A DNA stretch of 64,000 nucleotides from Elusimicrobiota bacterium (lineage in GTDB: Bacteria; Elusimicrobiota; Elusimicrobia; Elusimicrobiales; UBA9959): assembly GCA_027340875.1 (NCBI GenBank), contig DAIENX010000007.1:96001-160000 (forward strand), read 5' to 3'. Position 1 is the first letter of the stretch; each line of letters opens with the position of its first letter. Below, one piece after another: positions 8,835 to 18,696 of this stretch. The notes under the pieces were generated by a model that saw only the letters and a list, made by a program, of their open reading frames with translations, was not told the origin of the DNA and did not search any database. The position numbers were made by a program, and so were the translations under genes.

Positions 8835-10526
8835 ATGACCTCCAAGCCATCGACAATCAAGTGTCCGAAGTGCGGCAGCCAGCCGAACATCATCACCGAC
8901 ACCTGCATGAACTGCGGCTCGAAGCTGGAGAAGATCTGCGGCGAGTGCGGCGCAGCCGTGGCGGTGGAGAAGAACTACTGCGACAAATGCGGCTCGCTGC
9001 TGGCCCTGCAGCCGCCGCCAAGGCCCGATGCCCCGGGAACCCCTCCGCCGCCGCCCGCTCCGGAAAAAAGGGGATTCAGCCTGGAGATGGAATCCATCCA
9101 GGACACCGTATCCGAGAGGGCGACCTCCTTCCGCCGCAAGGTGGACACCGGGCCCGCTCCGGCAGGTCCGGCCGCCCCGCCGCCGCCCGCTTCCAAACCG
9201 GCCGCCTCGGGACGCTCGTCCAAGGGAGGAGGCAGCGTGCTCAGCCCGGATTCCGCCCGCCTGATGAAACAGGCGCCTCTGCCGCGGCCGGTCAGGCCCC
9301 CCATGCTCAAGAAAGTGACCGGCGCGCTGGTCACGGTCCTGCTGCTGGGCGTGCTGAGCGCCATACTCTACATGATAGCCGCGCCGTCGCTGCCAAAGCT
9401 GCGCCTGATAATGACGGCCAAGGCCTACCTCTCCGACATCTCAGAGGGCAAGTTCGAGAAGGCCTACTCGCTGCTCTCGACCAATTCCAAGGCGGCCTGC
9501 TCGCTAGAGGAATACCTCAAGAACAGCTCCGACTACTACGCTAAGGCCCCCGCCTGGCAGTTCAAGGACGTAGAGGTCTTCGCAATGACCAGCGATTCGG
9601 CGATGATCCGCTACATGCTCAAGGAGGGGAACGGGGAGTGGAAGTACGACTTCATCTCCTTCGTGCGCGAGAACAACCGCTGGACCCGCCCCTACATCTG
9701 GGTGCTGTTCCAGCCCATAGACGACGCGCTTAAGCGCCACGACTTTCCGCAGGCCCTGTTCCTGGCGCAGAAACTTTACCTTACCGATCCGGTGGATCCC
9801 CGCACCTCCGGCTATCTCTGCGACGCCGAGTTCTTCATGGGCCTGCACGAGAAGGCCGTGGATTCCTGTAAGCGCATGATAGACAACGCGGCCATCTACC
9901 CGGTTGGCTATACCAGCGCGGAACTGTTCCAGTACAACTCCCATTACGCCGACAGCCTGCGCTTCCTGCAGCGCGACCGGGTGGCCCTCCAGGAGTACGA
10001 CAAGCTGCTCAAATGGCCCGGCGCCACCTCCGACCAGCTCTGCCCGGTGCACCTGAACCGCGCCGATTCATTCGTCTACCTGAAGGAGTACGACCGCGCC
10101 CTCAGGGAACTGATGGACGCCTCCAGCCTCTGCACGCAGAGCCCGGCCAAGGAGTCCACGCGGACCAGGCTTTACTATATGAGCGGTTCCGCCGGCCCGG
10201 CAGCCGTGGCCTTCGCCCAAAAATCCCGCTTCCAGCCCGGCCAGCCGCCGATAGGAGAGGCGCGCAGCAAGGAGCTGGCGGATCTGAAGGCAAAGCTGGG
10301 CCCGAGGAACGCCAGGCTCCTGCCCAAGGACCAGTGGATGGCCGTGCACGTGGCGGGCCCCGAATACCGCGTCTTCCTGCGCCAGGAGGGCATCAACCTC
10401 AGGACGAAGAAGTCCGAGACGCAGACCCTTTACACTTTCCTGGTAAACCTCTGGACCGGCAGGGCGACCGTGGAGAAGGCCCCCGGCCAGGATAAGCCCG
10501 GAGAAGTATCTCCGGACGGCAAATAG
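8835..10526 (+). CDS. Hypothetical membrane protein: double zinc ribbon, Pro-rich linker, TM, NTF2-like and TPR-like regions
   Basis: Four CxxC motifs at the N-terminus, one TM segment, helical repeats. Confidence 0.7.
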   Translation: MTSKPSTIKCPKCGSQPNIITDTCMNCGSKLEKICGECGAAVAVEKNYCDKCGSLLALQPPPRPDAPGTPPPPPAPEKRGFSLEMESIQDTVSERATSFRRKVDTGPAPAGPAAPPPPASKPAASGRSSKGGGSVLSPDSARLMKQAPLPRPVRPPMLKKVTGALVTVLLLGVLSAILYMIAAPSLPKLRLIMTAKAYLSDISEGKFEKAYSLLSTNSKAACSLEEYLKNSSDYYAKAPAWQFKDVEVFAMTSDSAMIRYMLKEGNGEWKYDFISFVRENNRWTRPYIWVLFQPIDDALKRHDFPQALFLAQKLYLTDPVDPRTSGYLCDAEFFMGLHEKAVDSCKRMIDNAAIYPVGYTSAELFQYNSHYADSLRFLQRDRVALQEYDKLLKWPGATSDQLCPVHLNRADSFVYLKEYDRALRELMDASSLCTQSPAKESTRTRLYYMSGSAGPAAVAFAQKSRFQPGQPPIGEARSKELADLKAKLGPRNARLLPKDQWMAVHVAGPEYRVFLRQEGINLRTKKSETQTLYTFLVNLWTGRATVEKAPGQDKPGEVSPDGK

Positions 10527-10543
10527 TTGATCTTGGAGGCAAT

Positions 10544-11902
10544 ATGTTCAAGAAAGTACTGATCGCCAACCGCGGCGAGATAGCGGTACGGGTGATACGC
10601 ACCCTGCGCGAGATGGGCGTAAGCTCGGTGGCGGTGTACTCCGAGGCCGACCGCTCCTCCCTGCACGTCCGGCTGGCGGACGAGGCGGTCTGCATAGGCC
10701 CGGCCATAGCCAAGGAGAGCTACCTCAGCATACCGGCCATCATCTCCGCCGCCACGGTCACCGGCGCCGACGCCATACACCCCGGCTACGGCTTCCTGTC
10801 CGAGAACGCGGACTTCTCCGCCGCCTGCCGCGACAACGGTCTCGCGTTCATCGGGCCGTCCCCCAAGTCCATACAGCAGCTGGGCCACAAGGCCGAGGCC
10901 CGCAAGGTGGCCATGAAGGCCGGCGTGCCCGTGACCCCGGGCACCAAAGAATGCGTGGGCAGGAACTTCAAGAGCGAGGCCGAGAAGATCGGCTTCCCGC
11001 TGATGATCAAGGCAGCCGCCGGCGGCGGCGGCAAGGGCATCCGCATCGTGCGCGAGGAGTCCCAGCTGGAGAAGGAAATGACGATGGCCTCCAGCGAGGC
11101 CAAGGCCGCCTTCGGCAACGGCGAGGTCTATTTCGAGAAGTACATCGAGCTGCCGCGCCACATAGAAGTGCAGTTCGCGCGCGACACGCACGGCCACACG
11201 CTGGCCTTCCCGGAGCGCGACTGCTCCATACAGCGCCGTCATCAGAAGCTGGTGGAGGAATCCCCCTCGCCTGCGGTGGACAAGAAACTGCGCGAGAAGC
11301 TGGAGGAGGCCGCCGTTAAGCTGGCCAACGCCGCCAACTACGTGGGCGTGGGCACCGTGGAATTCCTGCTGACGCAGACCGGCGAGTTCTATTTCATGGA
11401 GGTCAACACGCGCCTGCAGGTCGAGCACCCGGTCACCGAGTTCATCACCGGCTTCGACCTGGTGCGCGAGCAGCTGCTGGCCGCCTCCGGGGAGAGCCTC
11501 TCCTACACGGCCTCCCACAGCGTGCCGTACCGCGGCCACGCGATAGAGCACCGCGTCAACGCCGAGGATTTCTCCAGGAACTTCCTGCCGTCCGTGGGCC
11601 GGGTAGAGGAGTGGCTCGTCCCCGGCGGCCCCGGCATACGGGTGGACACGCACGTCTATTCCGGCTACAACCTCCCTATCTATTACGACAGCATGCTGGC
11701 CAAACTGATAGTCTGGGACCAGACCCGCGAGCTGGCGGTCGCCAGGTCGGCCAGGGCCCTGAGGGACTTCAAGGTCTCCGGCATAAAGACCACGATAGAC
11801 GCCCACCGCCTGATAGTGCAGAGCGAGGGCTTCAAGACCGGCAAGACCGACACCGGCTTCATGGAACGCCTGCTCGCTCCCGCGGAGGCCGCCGGCAAGT
11901 AG
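10544..11902 (+). CDS. accC: Acetyl-CoA carboxylase biotin carboxylase subunit
   Basis: KKVLIANRGEIA, HPGYGFLSEN, GGGGKGIR, ERDCSIQRRHQK and EVNTRLQVEHPVTE motifs. Confidence 0.97.
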   Translation: MFKKVLIANRGEIAVRVIRTLREMGVSSVAVYSEADRSSLHVRLADEAVCIGPAIAKESYLSIPAIISAATVTGADAIHPGYGFLSENADFSAACRDNGLAFIGPSPKSIQQLGHKAEARKVAMKAGVPVTPGTKECVGRNFKSEAEKIGFPLMIKAAAGGGGKGIRIVREESQLEKEMTMASSEAKAAFGNGEVYFEKYIELPRHIEVQFARDTHGHTLAFPERDCSIQRRHQKLVEESPSPAVDKKLREKLEEAAVKLANAANYVGVGTVEFLLTQTGEFYFMEVNTRLQVEHPVTEFITGFDLVREQLLAASGESLSYTASHSVPYRGHAIEHRVNAEDFSRNFLPSVGRVEEWLVPGGPGIRVDTHVYSGYNLPIYYDSMLAKLIVWDQTRELAVARSARALRDFKVSGIKTTIDAHRLIVQSEGFKTGKTDTGFMERLLAPAEAAGK

Positions 11903-12370
11903 ATGCGCACCACCGGCAAAATAGTCCCTCTCAAGAAGGCGCTGGCACTGCGGGCCGCGCTCAGGAAGGCGGGCAGGATGGCGGTCTTCACCAACGGCTG
12001 CTTCGACCTGCTGCACGCCGGACATATCTATTCTATCGAAAAGGCCCGCTCTTTCGGGGATTTCCTCTTCCTCGGCCTCAATTCCGACGCTTCGGTGCGC
12101 CGCCTCAAGGGCCCCGCCCGTCCGATCAATAAGGCGCGGGACAGGGCTCTGGTGCTGGCCGCCCTGCAGGCCGTGGACGCCGTGGTCGTATTCGGAGAAG
12201 ATACCCCCCTGAAGCTGATAAAAGCCCTCAGGCCTGACGTGCTGGTAAAAGGCGCGGATTATACCAACGGTACCGTCGTGGGAGCCGAGTATGCCGGCAT
12301 GGTAAGGCTGGTACCCCTGCTGAAGGGACGCTCGACCACCGCGCTGGCCAGGAAACTCTGCCGCTCCTGA
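11903..12370 (+). CDS. rfaE2: D-glycero-beta-D-manno-heptose 1-phosphate adenylyltransferase (RfaE/HldE domain II)
   Basis: VFTNGCFDLLHAGH, GLNSDASVRRLKGPARP and LVKGADY motifs. Confidence 0.9.
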   Translation: MRTTGKIVPLKKALALRAALRKAGRMAVFTNGCFDLLHAGHIYSIEKARSFGDFLFLGLNSDASVRRLKGPARPINKARDRALVLAALQAVDAVVVFGEDTPLKLIKALRPDVLVKGADYTNGTVVGAEYAGMVRLVPLLKGRSTTALARKLCRS

Positions 12371-12427
12371 CCCCCATTTTTTCCCCTAAAGCTCCCCCCA
12401 ATTTAATAAAATATGACGATATTACCT

Positions 12428-13636
12428 ATGACCGACATTTTCGACAAGTGCCGCAGCTTCACCATCGCCCGCCAGCTCATCGAGTCGGGCATCTACCCCT
12501 ATTTCAAGGAACTCGAGTCCGAACAGGCCCCGGAAGTGACCATACAGGGCAAGAAGTTCATCATGTTCGGCTCCAACAACTACCTGGGTCTCGCGAACGA
12601 CCCCCGCATGAAGCAGGCCGCCATAGACGCGGTCAAGAAGTACGGGACCGGCGTGGCCGGCTCGCGCTTCCTGAACGGCAACACCGTGCTGCACACGGAC
12701 CTGGAAAAGAAGCTGGCCGCCTTCAAAGGCCGCGAGGCCGCCCTGATCTACGCCACCGGCTACCAGATGAACCTGGGCGTGGTCAGCGCCCTGGTCGGCA
12801 AGGGAGATTTCGCGGTGGTCGACAAGCTTGACCACGCCAGCATCCTGGACGGCTGCCGCCTGTCGCACGGCGAGGTGCGCCGCTTCAAGCACAACAATCC
12901 CGCCGACCTGGACCGCGTCCTGAAGGACATCGGCCCCGGCCACGGCAAGCTGGTCATAGTGGACGGCGTCTTCTCTATGGAAGGCGACATCTCCCCCGTC
13001 CCGGAGATCTCCAAGGTCTGCAAGAAGCACGGCGCGCGCCTGATGGTGGACGACGCGCACGCCACCGGCGTGCTCGGCAAGCACGGCCACGGCACTATGG
13101 AGCATTTCGGCCTCACCAGCAAGGACGTGGACCTGGTGGTAGGCACCTGCTCGAAGTCCTTCGCCTCGGTAGGCGGCTTCGTGGTGGGCGACGAGGACAT
13201 CATCCACTACATCCAGCACGTTTCCCGCTCGATGATCTTCTCGGCGGCCCTGCCGCCCTCCTCGGTGGCCTCCATCGCAAAGGCCATAGACATCATCCAG
13301 GAAGAACCCCAGCGCATCAGAAAGCTCTGGGACAACTCCGCCTACCTGATGAAGCGCTTCAAGGCCCTCGGCCTCAACACCGGCGAGACCGCCACCCCGA
13401 TCATCCCGGTCATCATCGGCGACAACGAGAAGACCTTCATGCTTTGGCGCATGCTCTACGACAACGGCCTGTTCACCAACCCGGTGGTCAGCCCGGCCGT
13501 GCCCCCAAAGCGGTCGCTCTTGCGCGTAGTGGTCACGGCCACACATACCCGTGAGCAGCTGGACAACGCGCTGGACATCTTCGAAGGCTGCGTCAGGAAG
13601 GTCATAAAGACCAGGCCTGCCCACGCGGCCAAATAG
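12428..13636 (+). CDS. spt: Alpha-oxoamine synthase, serine palmitoyltransferase-like (alternative start 12413)
   Basis: GIYPYF, MFGSNNYLGL, GSRFLNG, DGVFSMEGD, DDAH, PLP lysine in GTCSKSFASVGGF, SRSMIFSAA. Confidence 0.7.
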   Translation: MTDIFDKCRSFTIARQLIESGIYPYFKELESEQAPEVTIQGKKFIMFGSNNYLGLANDPRMKQAAIDAVKKYGTGVAGSRFLNGNTVLHTDLEKKLAAFKGREAALIYATGYQMNLGVVSALVGKGDFAVVDKLDHASILDGCRLSHGEVRRFKHNNPADLDRVLKDIGPGHGKLVIVDGVFSMEGDISPVPEISKVCKKHGARLMVDDAHATGVLGKHGHGTMEHFGLTSKDVDLVVGTCSKSFASVGGFVVGDEDIIHYIQHVSRSMIFSAALPPSSVASIAKAIDIIQEEPQRIRKLWDNSAYLMKRFKALGLNTGETATPIIPVIIGDNEKTFMLWRMLYDNGLFTNPVVSPAVPPKRSLLRVVVTATHTREQLDNALDIFEGCVRKVIKTRPAHAAK

Positions 13637-13648
13637 ACGGGCCCAGCC

Positions 13649-14761
13649 ATGCCCGCCGAAATAAGGGAAATACCCGAGAGCGACCTCGGCCTGTTCGTAG
13701 ACTACCCGTATAACCTGTTCAGGGACAACCCTTTCTGGGCCGCCGACCTCAAAAAGGACGTCGCGCACCTGCTGCATACCGGCCACCCCTTCTGGCGGCA
13801 CGGCGAACGCAAGATGTTCATGGCCTGCAGGGACGGCCGCCCGGTCGGGCGCATAGCCGCCATAGTCAACCACGCCTACAACAATTTCCACGGCGACCGC
13901 ACCGGCTTCTTCGGCTTCTTCGACTGCGAGGACGACAAGGAGGCCGCGGCGCAGCTGTTCTCGGCCGCCGGGGCCTGGCTTAAGGCCCGCGGCATGGACT
14001 GCTCGATAGGACCGGTCAATCCCTCAACCAACGAGACCTGCGGCATGCTCTCGGAAGGCTTCGACTTCCCCCCCGTGGTCATGATGCCGTACAATCCGCC
14101 TTATTACCTCGCGCTGGCCGAGACGGCCGGCTACGGCAAGGCCAAGGACCTCTACGCCTACAATTACGAGACGGCCAACGGGTTCCCGGAGCGCTTCGAC
14201 AAGATACTGTCACGCATGACCCGGGACGGCAAGGTCACCGTCCATTTCGCCGACGTCAAGGACATCAACGGGGCGCTGGGCGAGGTCAAGGACGTCTACA
14301 ACTCGGCCTGGGAGAAGAACTGGGGCTTCGTGCCGATGACCGACGAGGAACTCGACGACATGGCGGCGGCCTTCAAGCCGGTGCTGAAGCCGGAATACCT
14401 CTTCTTCGCGCGCTACGAGGGCAAGCCCGCCGCCTTCTGCCTGATGCTGCCCGACTTCAACATAGCCCTGAAGCCGGTCCGCGGCTCCCTCAATCCGCTC
14501 AACATACTGCCCTTCCTCTACCGGTTCACCTACAAGCTCGACCGCGGCCGCATGCTCACCCTGGGGGTAAAGAAGGAATTCCGGGGAAAGGGCATAGAGC
14601 TGCTGCTGATAAAACAGGCCCTCCTCTCGGCCAAAAAGCTGGGCTGGAAGTCCGCCGAACTCTCCTGGACGCTCGAGAACAACGAGCTTATCAACAACAC
14701 CATCGAAGCTATAGGCGGCAAACTCTACCGCAAGTACCGCATCTACCGCAAGGACCTGTAA
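13649..14761 (+). CDS. Tandem-GNAT N-acyltransferase (YghO/bacterial ceramide synthase-like)
   Basis: 370 aa; VGRIAA, GFFGFFDC, MMPYNPPYY, AWEKNWGFVP and ELSWTLENN motifs; 12 bp downstream of the spt-like gene. Confidence 0.75.
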   Translation: MPAEIREIPESDLGLFVDYPYNLFRDNPFWAADLKKDVAHLLHTGHPFWRHGERKMFMACRDGRPVGRIAAIVNHAYNNFHGDRTGFFGFFDCEDDKEAAAQLFSAAGAWLKARGMDCSIGPVNPSTNETCGMLSEGFDFPPVVMMPYNPPYYLALAETAGYGKAKDLYAYNYETANGFPERFDKILSRMTRDGKVTVHFADVKDINGALGEVKDVYNSAWEKNWGFVPMTDEELDDMAAAFKPVLKPEYLFFARYEGKPAAFCLMLPDFNIALKPVRGSLNPLNILPFLYRFTYKLDRGRMLTLGVKKEFRGKGIELLLIKQALLSAKKLGWKSAELSWTLENNELINNTIEAIGGKLYRKYRIYRKDL

Positions 14762-14837
14762 GGGCTGCCCGGCCAGGGGGGCGCGGGTTTAATCATTTTG
14801 TAATCATTTCTTAACCACCGCGGGGTATAATAATACC

Positions 14838-16049
14838 ATGCGTTTTTCCGATCTGAAGAAGCTGAAGGAGGAGTCGGCGACGCCCAGAGCGAGGAAGCTG
14901 CCACCCCCTCCGCCGCCGCCCGCCGAAGAAAGGACGGCCTTCGAGGCGCGCTGCGAGGAACACGCCGAGCCCCCCGAACCGGCACCGGCCGCTCCGGAGA
15001 AGCCGCCGGCCCGCGAAGCCGCGCCGCCGGAACCGGCGAAACCGCCGGAGCGCCCCACGTCGCAGGAGAAGAAGGCCGGAAAGAAGCCGTACCGCGAGCT
15101 GGAGGCCGAGGCCAGGGAGGCGTATTCGCGCCTGCTGCGCCAGGCCGCCCAGTACCTGAAAGCTTCGGACGAAGAATATACCGAGAAGTACGAATCCATC
15201 ATCGCGCTGGCTTCCGCGACCGTCAACGCGCTGAGGGAGAACCCGGTCCTGCTGGGGCTGACGGCCTACTCCACCGCGGACGACTACCTGCGCGGACATA
15301 CCGCCAACACCTTCGTGCTCTCCCTGGCGATGGGCATGGAGGCCGGTCTCGACCAGCAGGAGCTGGGCCTGCTCGGCTTCTGCGCCATGGCCCACGACGC
15401 CGGGATGACCAGCTTCTCCGCCCTTTACAACACCCCGGGCCGGCTGGGAGAGCCGGAACTCGCGGAAATGACGCTGCACGCCGAGGCCGGAGCCGCGAAG
15501 CTGGACCGGATAGTGGACCTGGACTACAAGGTCAAGGACCGGGCCCGCCGCATAGTGCTGCAGGTCCACGAGCGCAGCGACGGATCCGGCTACCCGGACA
15601 GGCTTTCCAGCGAGGAGATAGACCCGCTGGCCCAGATCATAGGAATAGCCGACGCCTACGAGGCAATGTCCCATCAGCGGCCGTGGCGGGACGCGCTCCC
15701 GCCGCATGAGGCGGTCAGGGAGCTCATCGAGAAGGAAGGCCGCGGTTTCAACGCCAGGCCGGTCAAGCTGCTGCTGGCCTGCCTGTCGATGTATCCCCCC
15801 GGCTCTCTCATAGTCCTCTCCACCGGCGAGACGGCCCGCGTACTGATGCCCAACCGCGGCCTGCTGACCAAACCGCTGGTGGAGATACTGCTGCGCCAGG
15901 ACCTGACTCCGGCCGAAGGCCAGCTGGCCGACCTGAAGGAGCACCCGCTGGTCTCGATAGAACATCCTATCACTCCGTCCGAACTGAAGGGGCGCAACCA
16001 GAAATGCGCGGCCAAGGCGGAACTCGCGCGTTGGTGGGTGGACTGGTAG
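14838..16049 (+). CDS. HD-GYP domain protein
   Basis: AHDAG, VHERSDGSGYP, IADAYEAM..RPWR and YPPGS motifs; Pro/Glu-rich N-terminus. Confidence 0.85.
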   Translation: MRFSDLKKLKEESATPRARKLPPPPPPPAEERTAFEARCEEHAEPPEPAPAAPEKPPAREAAPPEPAKPPERPTSQEKKAGKKPYRELEAEAREAYSRLLRQAAQYLKASDEEYTEKYESIIALASATVNALRENPVLLGLTAYSTADDYLRGHTANTFVLSLAMGMEAGLDQQELGLLGFCAMAHDAGMTSFSALYNTPGRLGEPELAEMTLHAEAGAAKLDRIVDLDYKVKDRARRIVLQVHERSDGSGYPDRLSSEEIDPLAQIIGIADAYEAMSHQRPWRDALPPHEAVRELIEKEGRGFNARPVKLLLACLSMYPPGSLIVLSTGETARVLMPNRGLLTKPLVEILLRQDLTPAEGQLADLKEHPLVSIEHPITPSELKGRNQKCAAKAELARWWVDW

Positions 16050-16056
16050 GCGGACC

Positions 16057-16464
16057 ATGCAGAAGAGACAGCTGCTGCTGATAGAGGACGAAGGCTACGT
16101 GATCTCCCGCATACAGGAGATCCTCTCCGCTTTCCCCTACATCGAGGTCACGCGCACCGACGACGCCGAGCGGGCCCGCGCGCTGCTCGACGAAAAGCCT
16201 TTCGACGTGGTCATCGCCGACGTATATCTGCGCGGCGCCTCCGGGCTGGAGTTCTCGTTCAAGGCCCTGCAGAAGAACAAGGACGTCTGCGTCATACTGA
16301 TAACCGGCATAGACAACGCCGACATGGCCGCCAAGGCCGTCAAGGAAGGAGCTTTCGATTTCGTGATAAAGCCGCCCGGGCTGGAGCGGCTGGCCAGCAT
16401 GCTCAGGATGCTGGAGCTGGTGAAAGGACTAAGACCGCCGGAGGACGGCGGCCAGCAGCCCTAG
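16057..16464 (+). CDS. Single-domain response regulator receiver
   Basis: LIEDE, VIAD, ILITG and GAFDFVIKP motifs. Confidence 0.9.
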   Translation: MQKRQLLLIEDEGYVISRIQEILSAFPYIEVTRTDDAERARALLDEKPFDVVIADVYLRGASGLEFSFKALQKNKDVCVILITGIDNADMAAKAVKEGAFDFVIKPPGLERLASMLRMLELVKGLRPPEDGGQQP

Positions 16465-17280
16465 GAAGCGCCTGGCGTAGCTGAAAGCGGAGGCGGAACC
16501 GTAGCGGCGCTCCATGAAGCGCCTGTCCGGCACGGCGTACCGCGCCAGCAGGGACGGGCGCAGCAGCACCGGCAGCAGGTATTCCAGAGCACGAGAACGC
16601 CGCAGGGCGGCCCTTTCGAAGAGGGCCGCTTTTATCTTTTCCGCGCCTCTGGGCCGCAGCTCCTCCAGGGCCCGCTCCGGCACCCGGCACGGCCCCGCGG
16701 CCAGACGTCTTACCGCCGGCCATACCGCCGGGCGTATGCCGTAGAGGTTGGACTTGCGCGAGACCCCGGCCCAGAACTTTTCCCCGTCCCCCGGAGCGCT
16801 CATTGCCAGCCGGGCGCAGTCCTCTATGGCGCGCGCGGTGAGTTCGCCGTGATGCAGCAGCGGATGGACGGCGGCGTGCAGGAAGAGGTCCTCCCTGTTC
16901 AGGGCCAGCCCCCCGGGGCCAGGCTCCAGGCCCCAGCTGAAAAGGCCATCCGTGTCCCTGATATGCCAGAGGCCGGTATGCACGTCTATGACGGCGGGCG
17001 GAGCCTCTCCGGCCGAAGGACGGACCCAGGCGTCGGCGCTGTTGGGCATTGGCCGGTAGCCAAGCTCCCTGAGCGCGCCCTCGAAAGCCTCCAGGTCCGC
17101 CGGCCTGACCAGGACGTCAGCGTCCGTCATGCCGCGCTCGCCCGGCTGGTAGAGCCCCAGCTCCAGCAGCGCCGCGCCTTTCAGCGCGGCCACCTCCACT
17201 CCGGCTTTGGCGGCGGCGTCGCGGGCCTCCTCGAAGGCCCCGAGCAGCAGTATGTCCCTGGCAGCCGAAGTCCGGTCCAT
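16429..17280 (-). CDS. Nucleotidyltransferase family protein (NTP_transf_5-like)
   Basis: LKGAAL..LY..GERGMTDADVLV, IDVH and LFLHAAVH motifs. Confidence 0.75.
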   Translation of the reverse strand: MDRTSAARDILLLGAFEEARDAAAKAGVEVAALKGAALLELGLYQPGERGMTDADVLVRPADLEAFEGALRELGYRPMPNSADAWVRPSAGEAPPAVIDVHTGLWHIRDTDGLFSWGLEPGPGGLALNREDLFLHAAVHPLLHHGELTARAIEDCARLAMSAPGDGEKFWAGVSRKSNLYGIRPAVWPAVRRLAAGPCRVPERALEELRPRGAEKIKAALFERAALRRSRALEYLLPVLLRPSLLARYAVPDRRFMERRYGSASAFSYARRFLGLLAAVLRRS

Positions 17281-17283
17281 CGC

Positions 17284-17601
17284 CTAATCCCAGCGTTCCT
17301 TCTTCTCTCCCGTAGGGTGCACCTCGGTAACGGAGTCGAACTTCACGCCGTAGACTCGGCGGCCCTTGTCCTGCCGCGTCCAGACCACCTCGCCGTGGGC
17401 CTCGAGCGCGCCCCGGCCCAGCAGGCGCAGCCTGGCCCTGAGCTTCTCCCCCTTCCGGAACTCCCTGTCGGAGGAGAAGGCTATGCCGCTGGCCGAGACG
17501 TCGGAAAGACGCCCGGTGGCCGTAAGGCGGCCGTCCTCGTCCAGAAGCTCCACGACCGAATCGTGCCTGTTCCTCTCCGCCCGTCTCTGTTCCCTGCCCA
17601 T
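17284..17601 (-). CDS. PilZ domain protein
   Basis: SD GGAGGA; RxxxR (RRAER) and DxSxxG (DVSASG); GEVVW..YGVKF. Confidence 0.9.
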   Translation of the reverse strand: MGREQRRAERNRHDSVVELLDEDGRLTATGRLSDVSASGIAFSSDREFRKGEKLRARLRLLGRGALEAHGEVVWTRQDKGRRVYGVKFDSVTEVHPTGEKKERWD

Positions 17602-17730
17602 GCTTCCTCCTGTCCCAGACCCCGCTCCCATTCTATAATATGTCGGCCGGCGCGGCGCAGGTCCCGTTATTTTTATAATATAATACAAGTGGGCGCAAGG
17701 CGCTCTATCTTGGGGATCCGGGGACGTTTT

Positions 17731-18081
17731 ATGAAGATACTGGTCGTTGACGACAATCTCTTGACCAGGAGCATGATCAGGGACCTGCTCAGCGAGATGG
17801 GCCACGAGGTGGTAGGGGAGGCCGAGAACGGCGATGAGGCCATACGGCTGTTCCGCGAGCTCGAGCCGGATCTGACGCTGCTCGACATGATCATGCCCGG
17901 CAAGACGGGCCTGGAGACGCTGCAGGAGATAAAGGCGATGGACCAGGCTGCCCGGGTGATAATGGTAACGGCCGTGCAGCAGGAATCTCTCAGCACTCAA
18001 TTACTGACTGCCGGCGCCGCCGCCGTGCTGCACAAGCCGTTCATGTACGGCGACCTCGAGGAAGTGCTTAAGACGCTCTGA
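17731..18081 (+). CDS. CheY-like response regulator
   Basis: MKILVVDD, VVGEAENG, LLDMIMP, MVTA and KPF motifs. Confidence 0.9.
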   Translation: MKILVVDDNLLTRSMIRDLLSEMGHEVVGEAENGDEAIRLFRELEPDLTLLDMIMPGKTGLETLQEIKAMDQAARVIMVTAVQQESLSTQLLTAGAAAVLHKPFMYGDLEEVLKTL

Positions 18082-18084
18082 ACC

Positions 18085-18654
18085 ATGCCGCAGAACCCCC
18101 CCTTGGACGTGCTGGCGCAGCAGGGCCTGGAGAAATGCCTCTCCAGGCTGTCGCGCATCTCCACCGGAGAATGGCGGGCTGCGATGGTTTCCGCCGGTCA
18201 CGGCAAGCCGCGCGACGTGATAGCGCGCTACGCCGCCGCCGGCGCGCACGCCGTCTTCCTCCGCCTTACCGACATCCCCGTATATTCCATCATGCTGGTC
18301 AGCCCCGGCGACATCGAATGCGTCTCCCGCGGCTTCACCGGCCATTCCTTCCCGCGGTCGGAGAAGACCTCGCTGGCGGAAGAGATCATGCTGACCGAGC
18401 TGGGCAACATCATGCTCAACTCGCTGGTGAACTCCCTGCTCAACGCCGTCAACAGGAGCGCGATGCCGGACCTGCCCGAGTTCATCGAAGGCGGGTACGG
18501 CGACATAGAGAAAGCCCTCGCCGCCAAGCTGCCGCTGGACAAGCCCTGCCGACTGATCTCCGCCGCCGTCAGCCTTCGCTGCGAGGGCCTGGCTTCCTGG
18601 ACCATGCACGCCTTCGTCCCCGAAGAGCTGGCGGCCCAGATAGAGCGCCCCTAA
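18085..18654 (+). CDS. CheC-like phosphatase
   Basis: ELGNIMLNS (ExxN) motif; directly follows the CheY-like gene. Confidence 0.65.
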   Translation: MPQNPPLDVLAQQGLEKCLSRLSRISTGEWRAAMVSAGHGKPRDVIARYAAAGAHAVFLRLTDIPVYSIMLVSPGDIECVSRGFTGHSFPRSEKTSLAEEIMLTELGNIMLNSLVNSLLNAVNRSAMPDLPEFIEGGYGDIEKALAAKLPLDKPCRLISAAVSLRCEGLASWTMHAFVPEELAAQIERP

Positions 18655-18696
18655 GGCCGGCCGGACGCCTCGCGCGCCGTACCGCCGCCTCCATTT

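Noticed and set aside
16429..17280. Lasso-peptide/RiPP cluster suggested by the nucleotidyltransferase family
   Set aside because: No cyclase, B protein, PqqD-like gene or precursor nearby.
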